Source of the DNA: Takakia lepidozioides
Taxonomy: Eukaryota > Plantae > Bryophyta
Reading direction: 5' to 3'
NCBI GenBank assembly: GCA_030704615.1
Contig: CM060732.1
Coordinates: 19,592,001-19,656,000 of the forward strand
DNA: 64,000 nt
The notes under the pieces: model-generated
Seen by the model: the letters and a program-made list of their open reading frames with translations, nothing else
What the model was told of the DNA's origin: nothing
The model's database searches: none
Made by a program: the position numbers and the translations under genes
Shown here: positions 22,559-36,678 of the stretch, piece by piece
Layout: each line of letters begins with the position of its first letter
Numbering within the stretch: position 1 is the stretch's first letter

Positions 22559-25500
22559 ATGTCGTCTCCAGTTGAGTAAGTTCACACCCTTCTTCGTTTG
22601 TCTAGTACAATGTTTATTTCTTAGCAAGATTGCATAGGAATTTCATGCGGACGTATGGAGAAGCACGGGTTTGGGCAGTGGCTTTTTCTTCGAGGGACGA
22701 CGTTCACATTGTTATGCGGATGCCATCTTTCTCAAAAGCTGTTGTATGCTTACCAATAAAACCGCAATAAATTCAGAACTCGGTAATCTATTATCTGGAA
22801 CCAACCAGAGCGCTTGGTGGCTTTGTCCGATTCGGGGGGCACCTGTGAAGCTTCTCCACCTTTTCTAAGAGGAGGCACAAAGTACCAGTTCTGCCCATAA
22901 TGCATTAATATTATGACCATGACTTAATTTAGTGCGACCCCTAATGCGTGTTTCAATCTTGAAGCTTCCCATGGATATGCGTTTCCAAGGTTTGATCATT
23001 ACTGCTGAAATGAGTGTTAGGAACTCCTTTCACCTGAGGCGCCGTTGTAGTTTCAGAGACCCAAGTGGAGGCCATGTGTTAGTTCCTGGAATTATCCAAC
23101 ACTATGTGCACCATGTTTGATCACATGCCTAGACAAGGATCAGAAGCCTTGTTTTGCTTTGCATTGTTTTGTTGAACGGGTTGAGTTGCTCCAGTCCATG
23201 TTTGGAATTAGGGTTCAGGGCAGTTAATTTATTTTCAGCTTCACCATCCACAACAAGTCCCCGTCCCCCCTTCTTCCCTGCTTACTTGGGCGATTCCCTC
23301 TTGCATGTCACACCTACTGGCTTCCATCTTCTCTCCCTGAATGTGTTACAACTACAACAAGCATGATGTTGGCTGATTCGAGACAATATATATGTATTTT
23401 TGTGAGGGTTAGCTTCATAGGAATTATGTTTCTGGTGGTAGAATTGAGGCCTATGCTTACCAAGGGATGCATATACTCTTGAACTGAGGAAGGAAGGGGA
23501 AGTAGGGGGTCAGCCTGCAATGATCCATTACAGACTGCCCTTCTGACTGAATTTGGGAACTAACCCTATCCCTATTCCAAATACAAATTTCTGATGTGTT
23601 TTTCTATTTAAAAATTTCAGCTTCTACAACTCTCTGCCTCCGGTGAGCAAGGCTTATGGTACGATATGTTTTCTTGCGACTGTTGGATACGAGTTGCGTC
23701 TCATCAATCCTGAACACATTTTCCTCGATTTTGGGATGGTTGCTAAAAATTTTCAGGTTTGTGTTCTTTGCAAGTCTCTCTCAAATCTGGATCAGGTTGG
23801 ATAGGTTCCTGGGCGTGACAGAGAACCAGCCATCTCTCTGCGAGAGGCTTTAGCTAGGCTTGTAAGGCAAGGGTCCTTTTTCTTAGTCTCTTTCAAGGCT
23901 TATATGGTATCTTAAAGTACAATGTTGTTGGAAAGGTAATAGCCAAAGAGTTTCCCATCATAAAGAGATGTTCAATGTGTGGCTAAGTGGCCAAGAAGTT
24001 ATGGCCAGCCTGTTGTAGTCACGCAAAGAGTACAGGCTAATTCCCTACTTCTGCAACAGTATTGGTTGATTGGAGCTCACTACAAATATAAGGTCTATTC
24101 AAACTTGTGAAGAATCTGGGTGACTATGCCTTAGGGAATTTCTCGCAATGATTTCGTCATTTGGGTATAGTCTAGTAAACAATTACCACTAGTTCCGACA
24201 CACATGAGAATTGTGTTGTCTGTGATCTATGGTTGTGTATTGAACAGGTGTCGTCTTAAGCAGTTGGGTTCTTGGGTCATCCATGGAACAGAGTCATGTT
24301 GTAAACCATATGCCTTCTGGCATATCTCGAGTTTCTGATCTCAGACTAGGTTGCACTGTGAATTTACTTGGCGAATGGTCGCAATGTCTTGAATACGTAC
24401 AGGTATGGAGGCTGGTGACCAATTTCTTCTTTCTGGGAGGCTTCTCCATCCCTTTTGGTGTGCGACTTTTGATGATGTGAGTACAATGGGATTCCTTCCT
24501 TGGTTTCTCTTCCTTCAAATTTGGTCCTCTTTCATAAAGACTATGGCCACAAGGCTACAGCAAACAAAATTCATGAGTACATTTTCTTTCATAAACAATC
24601 GTGGGAAGTAAATCCAAGAATCTTTCTGTGTGTGCCAGAGCAAGGTATGGAGTACAACTGGAGAGGGGCCCATTCGATAAGCGTACTGGTGACTTTCTCT
24701 GGATGATGTTGGTATCGATGATGACTCTTCTTGTACGTGTGTGACCCTCTGTCCTTTTTCCTTACTCAGTCAATCACGAAATAGCTGAAGCTTAGACTTT
24801 AGCCTCAGGTTGTACCATCTTAATGAGAAGGATTGCCGGCCGTATCTGGTCAACAACAAAATATGATCATCCTAGTACTTAGTGAAGAGAGAAGTTACAT
24901 CCCCATCTTTTCTGGTAATGCAGATGCTTTTGGGTGAACAGCCAGGGTCTTTTTATAAGGTTTCGGGGTCATTGTTGTCTGTTTCTTTGCTACCGTGTGG
25001 AGGAGGCCATCCAAGTGGATCATAGCAGCAAGGCTACTCTCCGACATTTCTGGAAACTCTGGAACTCCGTGTTCATTGAGGAAATTTCTCATACTTAAAT
25101 ATAAAAGAGGATTCTGAAAGTGAAAGTGGTTTTTATGGCTTGGGTTGGCAGGCAATAGCACTTTTCATCCCGCCCTTGAAGTTTTATTTCATGTCCAACT
25201 CGCTGGTGTTCATGCTGCTTTATGTGTGGAGCCGTGAATTTGCCAATGCCCGTGTCAATCTCATGGGACTTGTCACCTTGCAGGTTTGTGGCCTGTCGTT
25301 TCTTCTGTTAGTTTTACTTTCAGTTTTCTAACTATAAGTGAGTATTTGGAAATGCTCGAAGGAGAGGACTATGAGCTCACTGTAAGCAAGTGGCATTTTG
25401 CAGGGTTTCTGGTTACCATGGGGGCTGTTGTTAGTAAATACCATCTTTGGATCACGCTTGCTGCCTGATGTACTGGGGATTTTGGTTGGCCATTCCTACT

Positions 25501-25989
25501 ACTTCCTCACTGTTTTGCACCCGCGTGCGACCGGACGGAACTATCTGCAAACTCCTCTCTGGATGTATCCTCATATTCATGAATGGGAGGTTGTGAGGGA
25601 TGATGCTACCAACAATAGTTGTTTGCTTTCTGCATATGTATATTTCTTGCTGATATTGTGGGTGTCTTATTCATAATATCAATTCTTGGCTAGAGAAACA
25701 TGCATAAGAGAGTTGAGTTCATGATGTTTCAGAGTTACTTTTCGGTCGAATTCTTGATTGTGTGTGGGTGCATTACTGTTTGTTTGCACACAACATTGCT
25801 TGGTGATCCTGTACAGGATGGTTGGTTGGATTCATTGCTTCTATTGCCATTCCATTGACTGAGAACACCTGCAGACACAAGCTGGTCGCCAAATGGGACA
25901 AGGCAGGACCACAAGCATACACACCTGTGCCAGCTGCTGCTGGGAACCGACCTACCTTCACTGGTAGGAGTTACAGGCTGAACCAGTAA
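22559..25989 (+). CDS. DER1: Derlin-1 (ERAD membrane protein), 7 exons
   Basis: Exons 22559-22575, 23621-23756, 24403-24476, 24639-24732, 25152-25283, 25404-25564 and 25875-25989 have consistent phases. Translation: MSSPVDFYNSLPP...QVWRLVTNFFFLGGFS...ARYGVQLERGPF...YVWSREF...GHSYYFLTVLHP...FTGRSYRLNQ*. Confidence 0.96.
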
Positions 25990-27436
25990 CACAGACGTTC
26001 ATGCAATCTGTCAAACAGGCTGAAACCCGACCCCTCTCAACTTACCTATCAAAAAATGTTGGATCAGTGCACCAGATGGCCAGGAGATAGCTTGAGCAGA
26101 AGAGCTACCAGCATCATGCCAACGTCGTGATGCGAGTCTTTGCTACCTTGGTTGCCCTCTTCAATAGGCCGCACTAAAAAAGGTGTAGAAACAAAATTTG
26201 AGTGCCAGAGGCCAGCTGCTAAGTATGGTATTCTGCAGTAGATATCAAGTTAGAATATCAAGTTGTCCAATGATAGTTCTCACGTTGTAGTAAGTGGTTT
26301 GATCAGTTATGTTTCTAGCCTTAAACCAAGACAAGCGGCATTTGTCGACTCCCGGCTGTTGTTGCTATGGTATTCAGGTTGTGAGGCTGTCCATGCTTGG
26401 GAAGTACGGGTTCATGCAGTACTCACCACGTGCATTGGCTTTTGTGAAGAGAAAGGGTCCATCCACTGTCAGGGTTCTTTCTTTGATATGCGTTATTTGC
26501 TTGATGCACTTCCGAAGAGCGGAAGCATAACAACTACAAACCGCGAGTTCAAAGTCCACACTGGTATCTTCCTGGGATACCCACATTCTATAGTAAAAGT
26601 TCTAAGCTGGTGTCCAAATATGAAAACTGGGTTGCTGAAATGGTCATCTTCAGATGTGGGGTCCTCTTCCCCAATTGTTTTTTCCTGTCCTCGAAGAGGG
26701 CGTTAAATGCAACGGCATTCTCTTCTCCTTGTAACCAATGACAGCAAAGCCCAATAGAAAATGAGTAATGAGTGGTTCATGATGAAAACCGCTTTTGCTG
26801 GAATTACAGGTCACAGCAGTATGTACTTTGGAGTCCACCTGTAGAGCAAGTTGTCAGTAGAGAGCTACATACACACTGTACCCACTGCCATGCTACTGCA
26901 TGTAAGTGGCTGCTGAATTGAATTTGTCAAAACAATGACAATGGGACCCGCATGGCAGTGAACTTAAGGTGGAGATGTTTTCAGATATTGAGTGAGCCAA
27001 ACACAGAGTTTTCTATAACAAAAGAGGGGCTTAGTAGTCACATCGTGTCTCACACAAGACAATCGGGGTTGCTGCAGATACGTGTTTGCCACTGGAATAT
27101 ACTGAGGGGCAGCATATAGCGTCCTGTTTGCACCTGTGGCAGGAACGGCCAATTTGCACTTCTCATGTGTGGGGGACGTGTGAGGAGCTGTGGCGCGGGC
27201 CAAGTCCCCAAGTGTGGCCTGGATGCACCTAATCGACTTTCCAGATTTAAAATGCAAATTTCTCACAATAAAACCCTCTTCTTCACGCATGCCCCATGCT
27301 CAATGTCATGCACAGCGATGTATGCTCGTGGGCCATCTCATGCTCTGTCTTTGATATGCACTTCCATACATTGATGGCAACATATTCAAGTACCATCTCG
27401 AGGCATCCCATACTATGGAGTCTGGTACTGCACTAC

Positions 27437-27554
27437 ATGCCATGTTATTTCCTGGAGAATTATATTCGAGTATATGTCCTGAATTACGTTTAAATATGCC
27501 ATGTTATTTCCTGAGAATTATATTCGAGTATATGTCTTGAATTACGTTTAAATA
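27437..27554 (+). repeat. Tandem duplication of about 59 bp
   Basis: ATGCCATGTTATTTCCTG(G)AGAATTATATTCGAGTATATGTC(C/T)TGAATTACGTTTAAAT occurs twice. Confidence 0.85.
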
Positions 27555-27872
27555 TATAATAATTTTTAATACATTATCTGATTATCTCTCTATAATGATA
27601 TTAGAGTTCATACTGAGCCTATAACTCAGTACTAATCAATATTACATATAAATTTGATAATAATTATATTTAAATTTCTCAGTTTCATGTCAAACATACA
27701 ACCGTCCCACCTCATAACCACTAAAAGTTTGATAAGAGAGACAAGAACCATTTTTTATGGAAAATAGATTATTTTTCTTATACAATTTATAAAAATAGAT
27801 GTATTCATTATATTATCCCTTAATTCAAGAAACAACCAAAGCACATATTGAATAAAAATATGAGATTGTAAG

Positions 27873-27903
27873 TACTGCCCGTGGGTGGGCAGTGATGGTC
27901 TAG
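27873..27903 (+). mobile_element. Possible Helitron 3' terminus ending an AT-rich segment
   Basis: GC hairpin ACTGCCC-GTGGGT-GGGCAGT is followed 6 nt later by CTAG. The next base is C rather than the canonical T. Confidence 0.3.
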
Positions 27904-30900
27904 CGTTTAAATATAATACTTGAGGCCTGGCAATACGCTGTAGCCACGTACATACGGAGATAGTGGCGAAACACCTGCAATTTGAATTTGATTGTACTTT
28001 GATAAATGTCCGTATCTGCCATATCGTACGAAGCCAGATTCAAACGGCTGATCCGAATATCTTCAATTAATCTATCTTCAACGACACTATACTACGTCGC
28101 ACCTTTGAAATCTCTTGATATTCAGTATAGTTGTTTCTTGCTGTTAGAGGGCTTCACTATCAAGCGCATGTCGTGGTGCATCCACTAATTACAGCAGGAA
28201 CAAGGAGATGATACTAATACCACACACTTAGCGCTAAGGTGATTAGGAATTCAATCTGACGCTGCCAACCTTGTGAATGAATGCACGAGTTGCCCAAATT
28301 ACCTTGCATTATGGTAGGTTCTTTTGTGTTTCTCTCTTGCTGGTTGTGCTTGAAAGTTGTGGGGAAATCTTAATATCTGAGAAGGTAATTTCTGTGCACC
28401 ACCTCAAGATCCAATAATTCGACACTCTAACTCAAAGATTAAGGCGTGTTCGTTTTGATTGAGAGATGGAGGTTATTTGTCCATCCATCTCGGAGTTTGC
28501 CATAAATTACCACTTTACCCACTTTGAAGTCCATTTGCTAGCCACGGTCATGCTGCAGCCGGACCCTTTATATTTGGGCGTGTCTATGGATATTGCGCTG
28601 TTGTAGGCTCGGATCATCTCATACATGAGAAAGGAATAACTTGGAAATGTGAGCTCATGCTACTATTGTTGTGCAGGCCTGAAGTAGCGAAGATTGACAC
28701 TTGGGAAGATTGACGCGCAAGACTAGAATCCAACGCGACTTTCAGGTAATTGCTAGAGATCCTTACTCCTGCAACCAGGTACATCATTACGGATCCGGTG
28801 CTTGTATACGAGCTATTCACAGTGACACGTCTACATATTCTTCCAAGGCGGTTCTTTGCTTCTTTCTACAAGTTACAAATATTTGCAACTCAACTGCTTC
28901 AGAACCGCTTGGCTTTTCATGCTTCATTGAAAACTTGTCGGCTATTTTCTCTGTCCCAAATTTGCCGAGGACTATGATACTGATTGACCACACAGCCGAC
29001 TTCATAAACACTAACCTCACGGTCAGACTTTGTCATTATATAACCTCAATGTTACTAGGAGTGTCGTATACTCTCTCTCTGATCATTGATAGACATTGAA
29101 ACTTACGGTTGCCCTTTCTAACTGCAGTGACTTGGAACTCGATCGTGTGACAGTGTGGTCATACTCCGGATGGTGTTGTTCAATATCAAATTTTTAGAAT
29201 GAAACCCTCACTAAAATCTTTGGTGGTGGTTCTCCTGTTGTTTCTTAGGATGGACGATGTGTGTTCTGAATGTTTCTGAAGGAGAAGTAGGTGCGAATTT
29301 TCGTTGGTTTTGTGTGGCCTTTTTGCTCGACAAAATGCAGTCTAATTTGTATAGACAATCGTCATGGACAAACATCACGTCGTGAATCAATTCAAGTTGA
29401 TGGTCGACTTTCCATTGGAGATTGACACGATTGAACATCCAACATTGGTAGGGGCAGTCACAAGAAGAATTAAATCTACTGCGCGAGAATGTCTCACTGT
29501 TAGTCTGCCACCAGAAACAAAGTGGGGCAGGATGTATGGAAATCCGAACGTGAGCTTTGCCGAGGGGACTGGTCAGAAGTATATTGCTCAGGCTGCTGCA
29601 GATTTTTATCAAAACCCAAAGTTTGCAAACATTGTAGGGTTCTTTTATTACATTGCCAAAGAGAAGGATGTTGCACGAAAATGACTTGGATTGGTGTTAC
29701 CGGAGTCTATTTTCTACCTTTGCAAAGATGAAATCTGGTCACACCTTCCTACAAAAAAAGGGGGGAGACCAAAGGTAAGTTTCAAATACAATAAATGGTC
29801 TTTGATTTGCTTGTCCTTTTTGCATGTATTCAATACAACCAGTTTACTTAGCTGCAGAGTACGTGCACATTTCTTTTTGAGATTTGTATTGATTATAATG
29901 TTTTAATTTATGTGATGCTAAATTTTTGGGTGTGGGGCTTGTTCAGATTATTTACATACCTGATCCTTATTATCTTCTAGTCCAAAATCAAGTGGACGGG
30001 TATGTGAGATCGGCAAGCCTACTTCAACGAAGGGAATTTGTTGTGGAATATACAGTCAACAACAATGATCAAGTCAAAGATGATGATGTTGAGGACGAGG
30101 CTATGGAACCACAAAGATCACCATCCTCCTCCAATGTTTTTCCATTCCCTCAACCAACAGCTACTCTTGTCACGTGTCCTTAAATAATTACAAGGTTGTG
30201 GCATTGTCTGTTCCAAGAACCAACGTTGTGCATAACCACCGGACTGCCACACAGGCACACTTTCCAAGAGTAAGAAGTGTGACTATTCCCGAGGTTTGCT
30301 CCAGTTCAAATGGTTCATGTCGCAAACGACCGATGGCATCTTCTGAAAGCGTTGAAGTGGATTGTTCCGATCATGTTGAACCTCCCAATAGTATGTCAAC
30401 ACATACTAATTTTATTGATCTGGAATCATCTAGCGTGTTTGAATGTGTTTTCTCCAGGAAACACACCTATGACAATAGCTCTTGTGGCCAAAACCAACAG
30501 ATATAAATTTGAAGAGGATTTTGCCTCACGGGCGATATTATTGGAATCTACGTGGAAGGCAGCCGACAGGGAGCTACACGTCCTAAACCAAGCGGCCAGC
30601 AAGGGTGAAGGAATGTTACAAGGTTTTAATTCTACTTGCGACCCCCATGTACATGTTCACAAGCTCATCAAATGGGACAACCTTTACAAATGCATGGAGA
30701 GCTCACAACATGAAATAGACAAGAGTGATCTTGCAGCAAGCTCAACATTGGCTATGTTGCTTGGAAGATGGAACGATCACCTTGGCCTAAGTGATGAACT
30801 CGTGGACACTCATTTGGAGATTTTGCTGGAGAACAACCCGTCATTATCTGTGTTCTCAAAATATGAGATACAGAGCATCTTTGAAGAGCATGCAAAACCT

Positions 30901-30909
30901 GATTGGGAA

Positions 30910-33407
30910 CACTAGAAGAGAAACCGGCTTTTTCCACGGCTCTGTCATCTCACACCTGGCACATTCCACGGCTTTTATCACGGGTCTGTAGAGTGAGCCA
31001 AGGTGTGGGTCAAAATGAGAGCTCATATTCTGTCAGTTACCAACGCAATTCCATCAGTGACGAAGGTCAACGAAGGTGAACAAAAACATTTCAATCTGCC
31101 CAACAAACCTGCCCGGAAAAAAGTAAATTTTAGAGTTTGAAATTGAATATAAGATCACATTCCAAAAAGTGAAAAGTACCTTATACAAGGACAGAAGAGC
31201 CACCTTCGTTCAACTTAGGTCCAACAAATATATATATTTTTCACCAGCATCCCTAGACATTTCTGTAGCATATGATAATCCAAGCTAGAGATTAAAATGG
31301 CTAAAAAACAGGCAGAATTCTTCCACGTTAGAAGTCCATATATCATGTTGGTTTTTTTTTGTTTTTTTTTTTTCGACATCCATTTATTTCGTGGGATGGA
31401 GGCATTGAGCAAATGATGCGGGAAGGAGGAGAGGAGGAGGAGATGAGATGAGAAGAAGCTCGCAAAAGGGGAAGGAGGTCCATGGTGACACCTTCAGAGC
31501 TGCACCAAATGTCATTTTGAACAATACCCTAGTGGACATGTATGCAAAATGTGGGTGCATCGAGGATGCAAAGGGAGTGTTCAATACTATGGCTGAACGA
31601 GATGTGGTGTCATGGAGTGCGATGCTTGCAGGGTATGCACAACAGGGACGTGGGATGGAGGCTTTGGAGACCTATGAGCAAATGATGGGGGAAGGGGTTC
31701 AGCCCGGCCACATCATGTTTGTATGCATTGCAGGCCTGGCAGCCCTGGAGAAGGGTAAAGAGGTGCATGGGGATATCATCAAAGCTGGAATAATGTCATT
31801 CGAAACACTGCCCTGGCAGCTCTGGAAAAGGGGAAGGAGGTCCATGGTGACACCTTCAGAGCTGCAATTGTACCAAAAGTCATTTTGAACAATACCCTAG
31901 TGGGCATGTATGCAAAATGTGGGTGCATCGAGGATGCAAAGGGAGTGTTCAACACTATGGCTGAACGAGAGTTTGACATTGCGGATGTGACGGCCCAGAC
32001 TATCAAGAACTGCGTACAAGCCATGCTACAATGTCATGCGATTTCAAACGGAGAGAAAATATTTCTTGCTCGTGTTTGCTTTTTCTGATTGCAAATTAGG
32101 CCAAAGCGCTTGGAAATTTTTCATAGGCTCTTCGTGCAGGGGAATAGAAAGGATTTCACGTGTGAAGTTCTGCAAGTTAGCTGGTTGAGTGAACCTTTGA
32201 TAGTTTGGAGTGACTTTGACATGATACTGCCAAAGTGACAATAGGAAAATATCCAGAAATAGGTAACAGAGAGGAGAAGTTGTGGAATGAATACTTTTCT
32301 AACCCTTGTCAATGGTGGGACAACCGTCTTGGAAGGTAAATGCCTTTGGATTACAGAGTGGTAGATGCAATTGAGAATAGGAACTGGTGTGATAAGTTGA
32401 GTTGGGTGTTTGTTGAAACAAATATAGGTTGTCATTGTCAGCTGCTAACAACAATGCAAGGATGTATGCATGATATGTGCAGAGGCATGGATAGCTGAAG
32501 GAGCAGGGATAGAGTGTCATCCAAGAGGGCCAGATTTCAAGCTCCACATTGCTTATGATTCCCTGTGGAAGGATAGCTACAAGAAACCTGCATGGGTAGA
32601 TGGTACATAGTTTGGAGTGATTTTGACATGATACTGCCAAAGTGACAATAGGAAAGTATCCAGAAACATGTAACAGAGATGAGGAGAAGCTGTGGAATGA
32701 ATGCTTTTCTGACCCAGTCAAGGGGAGGGAAAAAGGTGAATGTCTATTAGATTACAGAGAGTAGGAGACGCAACTCAGCATAGACACTAAGGCAAACTCT
32801 CATTCCCTGCAAAGGGTGTGTTTTGGTATCTGAGCGAATAAACATAATTTTTAAAAACATAATTTCAATATTTTGTTATTTAATAATGTTCTCATCAAGA
32901 CAACTGTCCATTTTTCCTATAATAATAATAATCATCATCATAATAATAACAATAAATTAAATCCATTAATATTCAAACTTAATATTGGAAATCGATTAAT
33001 AATTAATTAATGCGTACCACCACACAGGAACGAACACGTGTTGCATAGTGACTTGTCGAAGGTGTGAAATATGACACGTGTCGCATAGTGGCTTGTTCAA
33101 GGTGTGAAATCCGTCGTGAAACATGTCACACTGGCCTTTTTCACACTCTGCCATGTCAGCTATGCCATCGGCCATGTCAGCAGCCATGTCACCATGCACC
33201 CCGTGAAAAAAGCCACCCATGGAAAAAGCCTCCCGTGGAAAAAGCCACCCGTGGACTTTTCCACAGGGCCACCCGAGAGCCAGGCCGTCCACGGGGTGTC
33301 CGAAAGCACTAGTCGTTTCTTACACCCACGACAGGTGTGGACTGTGGCTGATTCCACAGAAAAATGTGTGGAAAAAACCGTGGAAAAAGCCGGTTTCTCT
33401 TCTAGTG
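30910..33407. mobile_element. Non-autonomous Pack-CACTA (En/Spm) element, 2498 bp, carrying PPR gene fragments
   Basis: Perfect 30-bp TIRs CACTAGAAGAGAAACCGGCTTTTTCCACGG (30910-30939 and 33378-33407), 3-bp TSD GAA (30907-09 and 33408-10), and subterminal CCGTG(G)AAAA repeats near 33200-33390. Confidence 0.97.
31390..31970 (+). pseudogene. Captured, internally duplicated PLS-class PPR gene fragment
   Basis: NTLVDMYAKCGCIEDAKGVFNTMAERDVVSWSAMLAGYAQQGRGMEAL. Segment 31465-31600 is repeated at about 31826-31969. Confidence 0.9.
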
Positions 33408-35288
33408 GAAGAATGGGAATTACTGTCAAGTTTAATCGATGGCGAATTTATAATTGGTAGCATGTCAGCGGCTGAATTGTGGCAAGTAGTCAAGGAGATG
33501 CCAAAAGCGAAGGGTGTAAGCTTATTGGGACTAGAGGCTATGGTTTCCAGACAAGCTAATTATACCAAAGCAATGGATGGATACGAGGAGGACAACCAAA
33601 AAATCAACATGAGGGCCATGCAGCTAAGGATTGCACTGAAAAAGTGTGGTGATGCATATGAAGCCCACATACAACATCACTTGAAACATAGGATGACTAC
33701 CTACACTCTTGCGGCACTTCAGTTGGACAAAACTGAATTACAGGTGGTTTCATTTCATCTGCGTGTAATCCATAGATGGTGCTTCATGCATTTAAATCAT
33801 GATAAAGTGCTCGAGTAATTCTTACCCATTTGTTTACGTTGGCTGAATAGGTGAAGGCAGGGATGGAGTTGGAGACATTACGGACTTTCTTCGATGGACA
33901 AAACCGAGATGGACTGTGCATTCCAATGCTATTTGTGAAGTACATAGCAATATCCCACTTTCATAATGGAGTCAGTATTCTGGAGGAAGGCACTGCTGAC
34001 ATCGGTGGTCCTACTCGAAATTTTTTAACGTCCGCATGGAAACAATTTTTCAATAACTCAGGGGTAAGCATTTTAATAAACTATTTTTCAATCTATCATA
34101 TAGGGTGTGCGTATATTATATTATATTGTTGTTGTAGTTGCTTAATGGTATGATCCAATTTATAATCATATCCTTTGTCATGTGCAGTGTGTTCACTCAG
34201 TCTTTGGCAGTCCCCAAATACGCCGTGTTGTCCATCATTTGAGAGACAATGAGGTCTTGAGCAAACGAGTAAGAGCAGACATCCTATTTATGGGCTTTTT
34301 GATGTTCATGATGGTGGCTTATGGACAACAAGTTCCAATGAGCTTCACAAATTCCACATTGGCCCATGCAACCGGAGATATTCCAAATTGGGATACAAGA
34401 GTAAATCGGGAGACGTTGTTATTGTATGAAAGAGACGTGAAGGAGCGTTTCCCAAACCATGTTCATGCTTTCCAGGTTCTCAAGAATATGGAAGATGAGA
34501 CCTCCAAAGAAGAGTATAGACAAGAACTTATTACAGATGATCGTTTCTAGGACATTATAGTGTTCATCTTGAAGATGGAAGTGAAGGACAAATCTCAAGT
34601 GGAGGGATCCCCTTGCTCAATTGATTCAACTTACAGATCCATCATGAAATATTTGTTATTTACAAAATGCTCTGCAACTGGAGCAGTTCTAAGAGAAGGT
34701 TTCTACTTCGCCATCAATAGTTTAGAAAAGGATGATACCGGTCGAATCTCACAGGATGTGCTCAACGATCTGAAGCAGTTTGAAGTGAAGACACATTTGA
34801 CAGTGACCTCATTACTCACCGTATTCAATGCAAAACTGGCTTTTACAGCGGATGAATTTCTATTGTCTTGCACATATAGCCCTGATTTTCCAGTACGGTT
34901 ACGTTCTTGGTTTGAGGAGCTTGTGAAATCAATGACGTTCTATGAAAGACATCGTCTCCACAAGTTCATCACAGACTCTCATTACTTCTCGGAGGTTGAC
35001 AAAATCTCCTTCGATATCCAAACTATCATTACCTTCAGCTCGGACATGTTTTCAGGAGTTCATGATACCCAACTATGATACCATGAAATCCATGACCAGC
35101 AAAATCATGCTTGCTATTACGGATGGTGAGGACGTGTATGGAATGGCTTAAGTCCAACAACATCGGGTAGATGAACAACAACATCTACATCAGGTATATT
35201 TATACATTTCACAAAGAGTCTATCTTGTTTTTCAATCAGTGAATAAAGAATAAATTTCATTGTGGATTCTGTTAAATAATTAGTTATA

Positions 35289-35379
35289 GGTGGCAGTCCT
35301 CCAAGGACTAGGTAGTTACAAGTGGCAGTCCTTGGAGGACTTAGTAGTTACTGTAAGTGGCAGTCCTCCAAGGACTAGA
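35289..35379. repeat. Three GTGGCAGTCCT(CCA/TGG)AGGACT hairpin motifs
   Basis: Seen at about 35290, 35322 and 35357. Confidence 0.75.
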
Positions 35380-36678
35380 TAGTTGGTAATTATAGCACCG
35401 TTGCACCGCACACTTATGTAGGGTACACTTTTGTAAATAAACTCTTGGCATAGTCCCTTTTATTTTGCTCACACTTATAGCAATCTAATTTCTGATTGTA
35501 GATTCCCTATCATAACACTTATGTAGGAATCAATGTCGTAGATGGACGGTTGGCATAGTCCCTTATAAGGTATTTTGCTCACACTTATATGGCAATTTGT
35601 TTCATGATTTTCAGGTTAAGAGGGTATGCTCCTTTGCCCGGCTGATGCGACATTAAATAGAGAGCTGGAGATGTGTAAGGGATCTACAACATGCAACCCA
35701 AAACAACGAAGAACCCACCTGCAATGCATGAACGTTTGAGTCACTGGCTTTTAGCCGTCAAAGTGGGAGTCACCACCTTTTAGCCATGAACTAGTGTGTG
35801 ACATTGACCATTAGGCTTTGAATTTTCCAGTATAACTATTTCCGGTATGTTTTCAGACATTTTAACAGTTGGGGTAGCTTAAAATTTCAAGGAGCTGGAC
35901 AACATCTTTAGTACCGCTCAACCGCAGCTGTAGGGGATCACTCCCCGCATGGCAACGCTATACCGGCAAAGCATCCATGCATGAGCAGACCACATATTTT
36001 GTGCTCACAACATCCTAGTGTAGTAAGAATGTTCTACAATATCATAGTGTACTAAGAGACATTCATGGTCATGTCATCGTTGGAGCTTATCATGTAGGTG
36101 ATCCACTGCACATTCAAACCTGAAAATGGCACGATAAGTAATACAAGAGCTCATTTTCAACATCAGACCTGTGACCGAAAATATCTGCCCGGCAAGATTT
36201 TTCTTCGTGATTCTCATGATGGCACTGAACTTTTTTCTGTGTCAGCACAAGATCTCTTCCATTGTCAATTTACGTTGCTGCAATTTGACCTGCAAAGGGG
36301 CAGCACATTAGATTTGGAGAGTCACTCTTCATTTTCTTTCCATCCATGGATCGACATGACTAAGGACTTCAAATTTCATATATGCCACTGCCATTGACAA
36401 TGTTATTTTTAATAAGGGTGGCCTCTCATGAGGCATTTCCCTCGCTGAAATTCTCAACACAATTGTCATAATCAGTTTTCACATATGTGGTTCAAGTACT
36501 GAAAAACAACAGAGTTGGGGGTAGTGAGAAGAGCTGGCACAAGCAGAGAGAGGCAAAGGTGTTGGTCTACACCAAGTTATATTTTTGAAATTGCGTTGCA
36601 GGCAGTTCCCATAATACTGGATTTGTGGAAGAACATTTCTGGCTGCAGCTCGTGCACTCACACCCACCAGTTGTTGCA

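Larger units (their letters stand above)
29341..35151 (+). pseudogene. HECT-domain E3 ubiquitin ligase with an unrecognised N-terminus, disrupted by stops, frameshifts and a CACTA insertion
   Basis: EEGTADIGGPTRNFLTSAW (HECT start), WFEELVKSMT...RLHKFITDS, and C-lobe LPSARTCFQEFMIPNYDT...KIMLAI...YGMA* with the catalytic Cys at 35047-35049. In-frame TAG at 34548 and frameshift near 35020. Confidence 0.85.
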
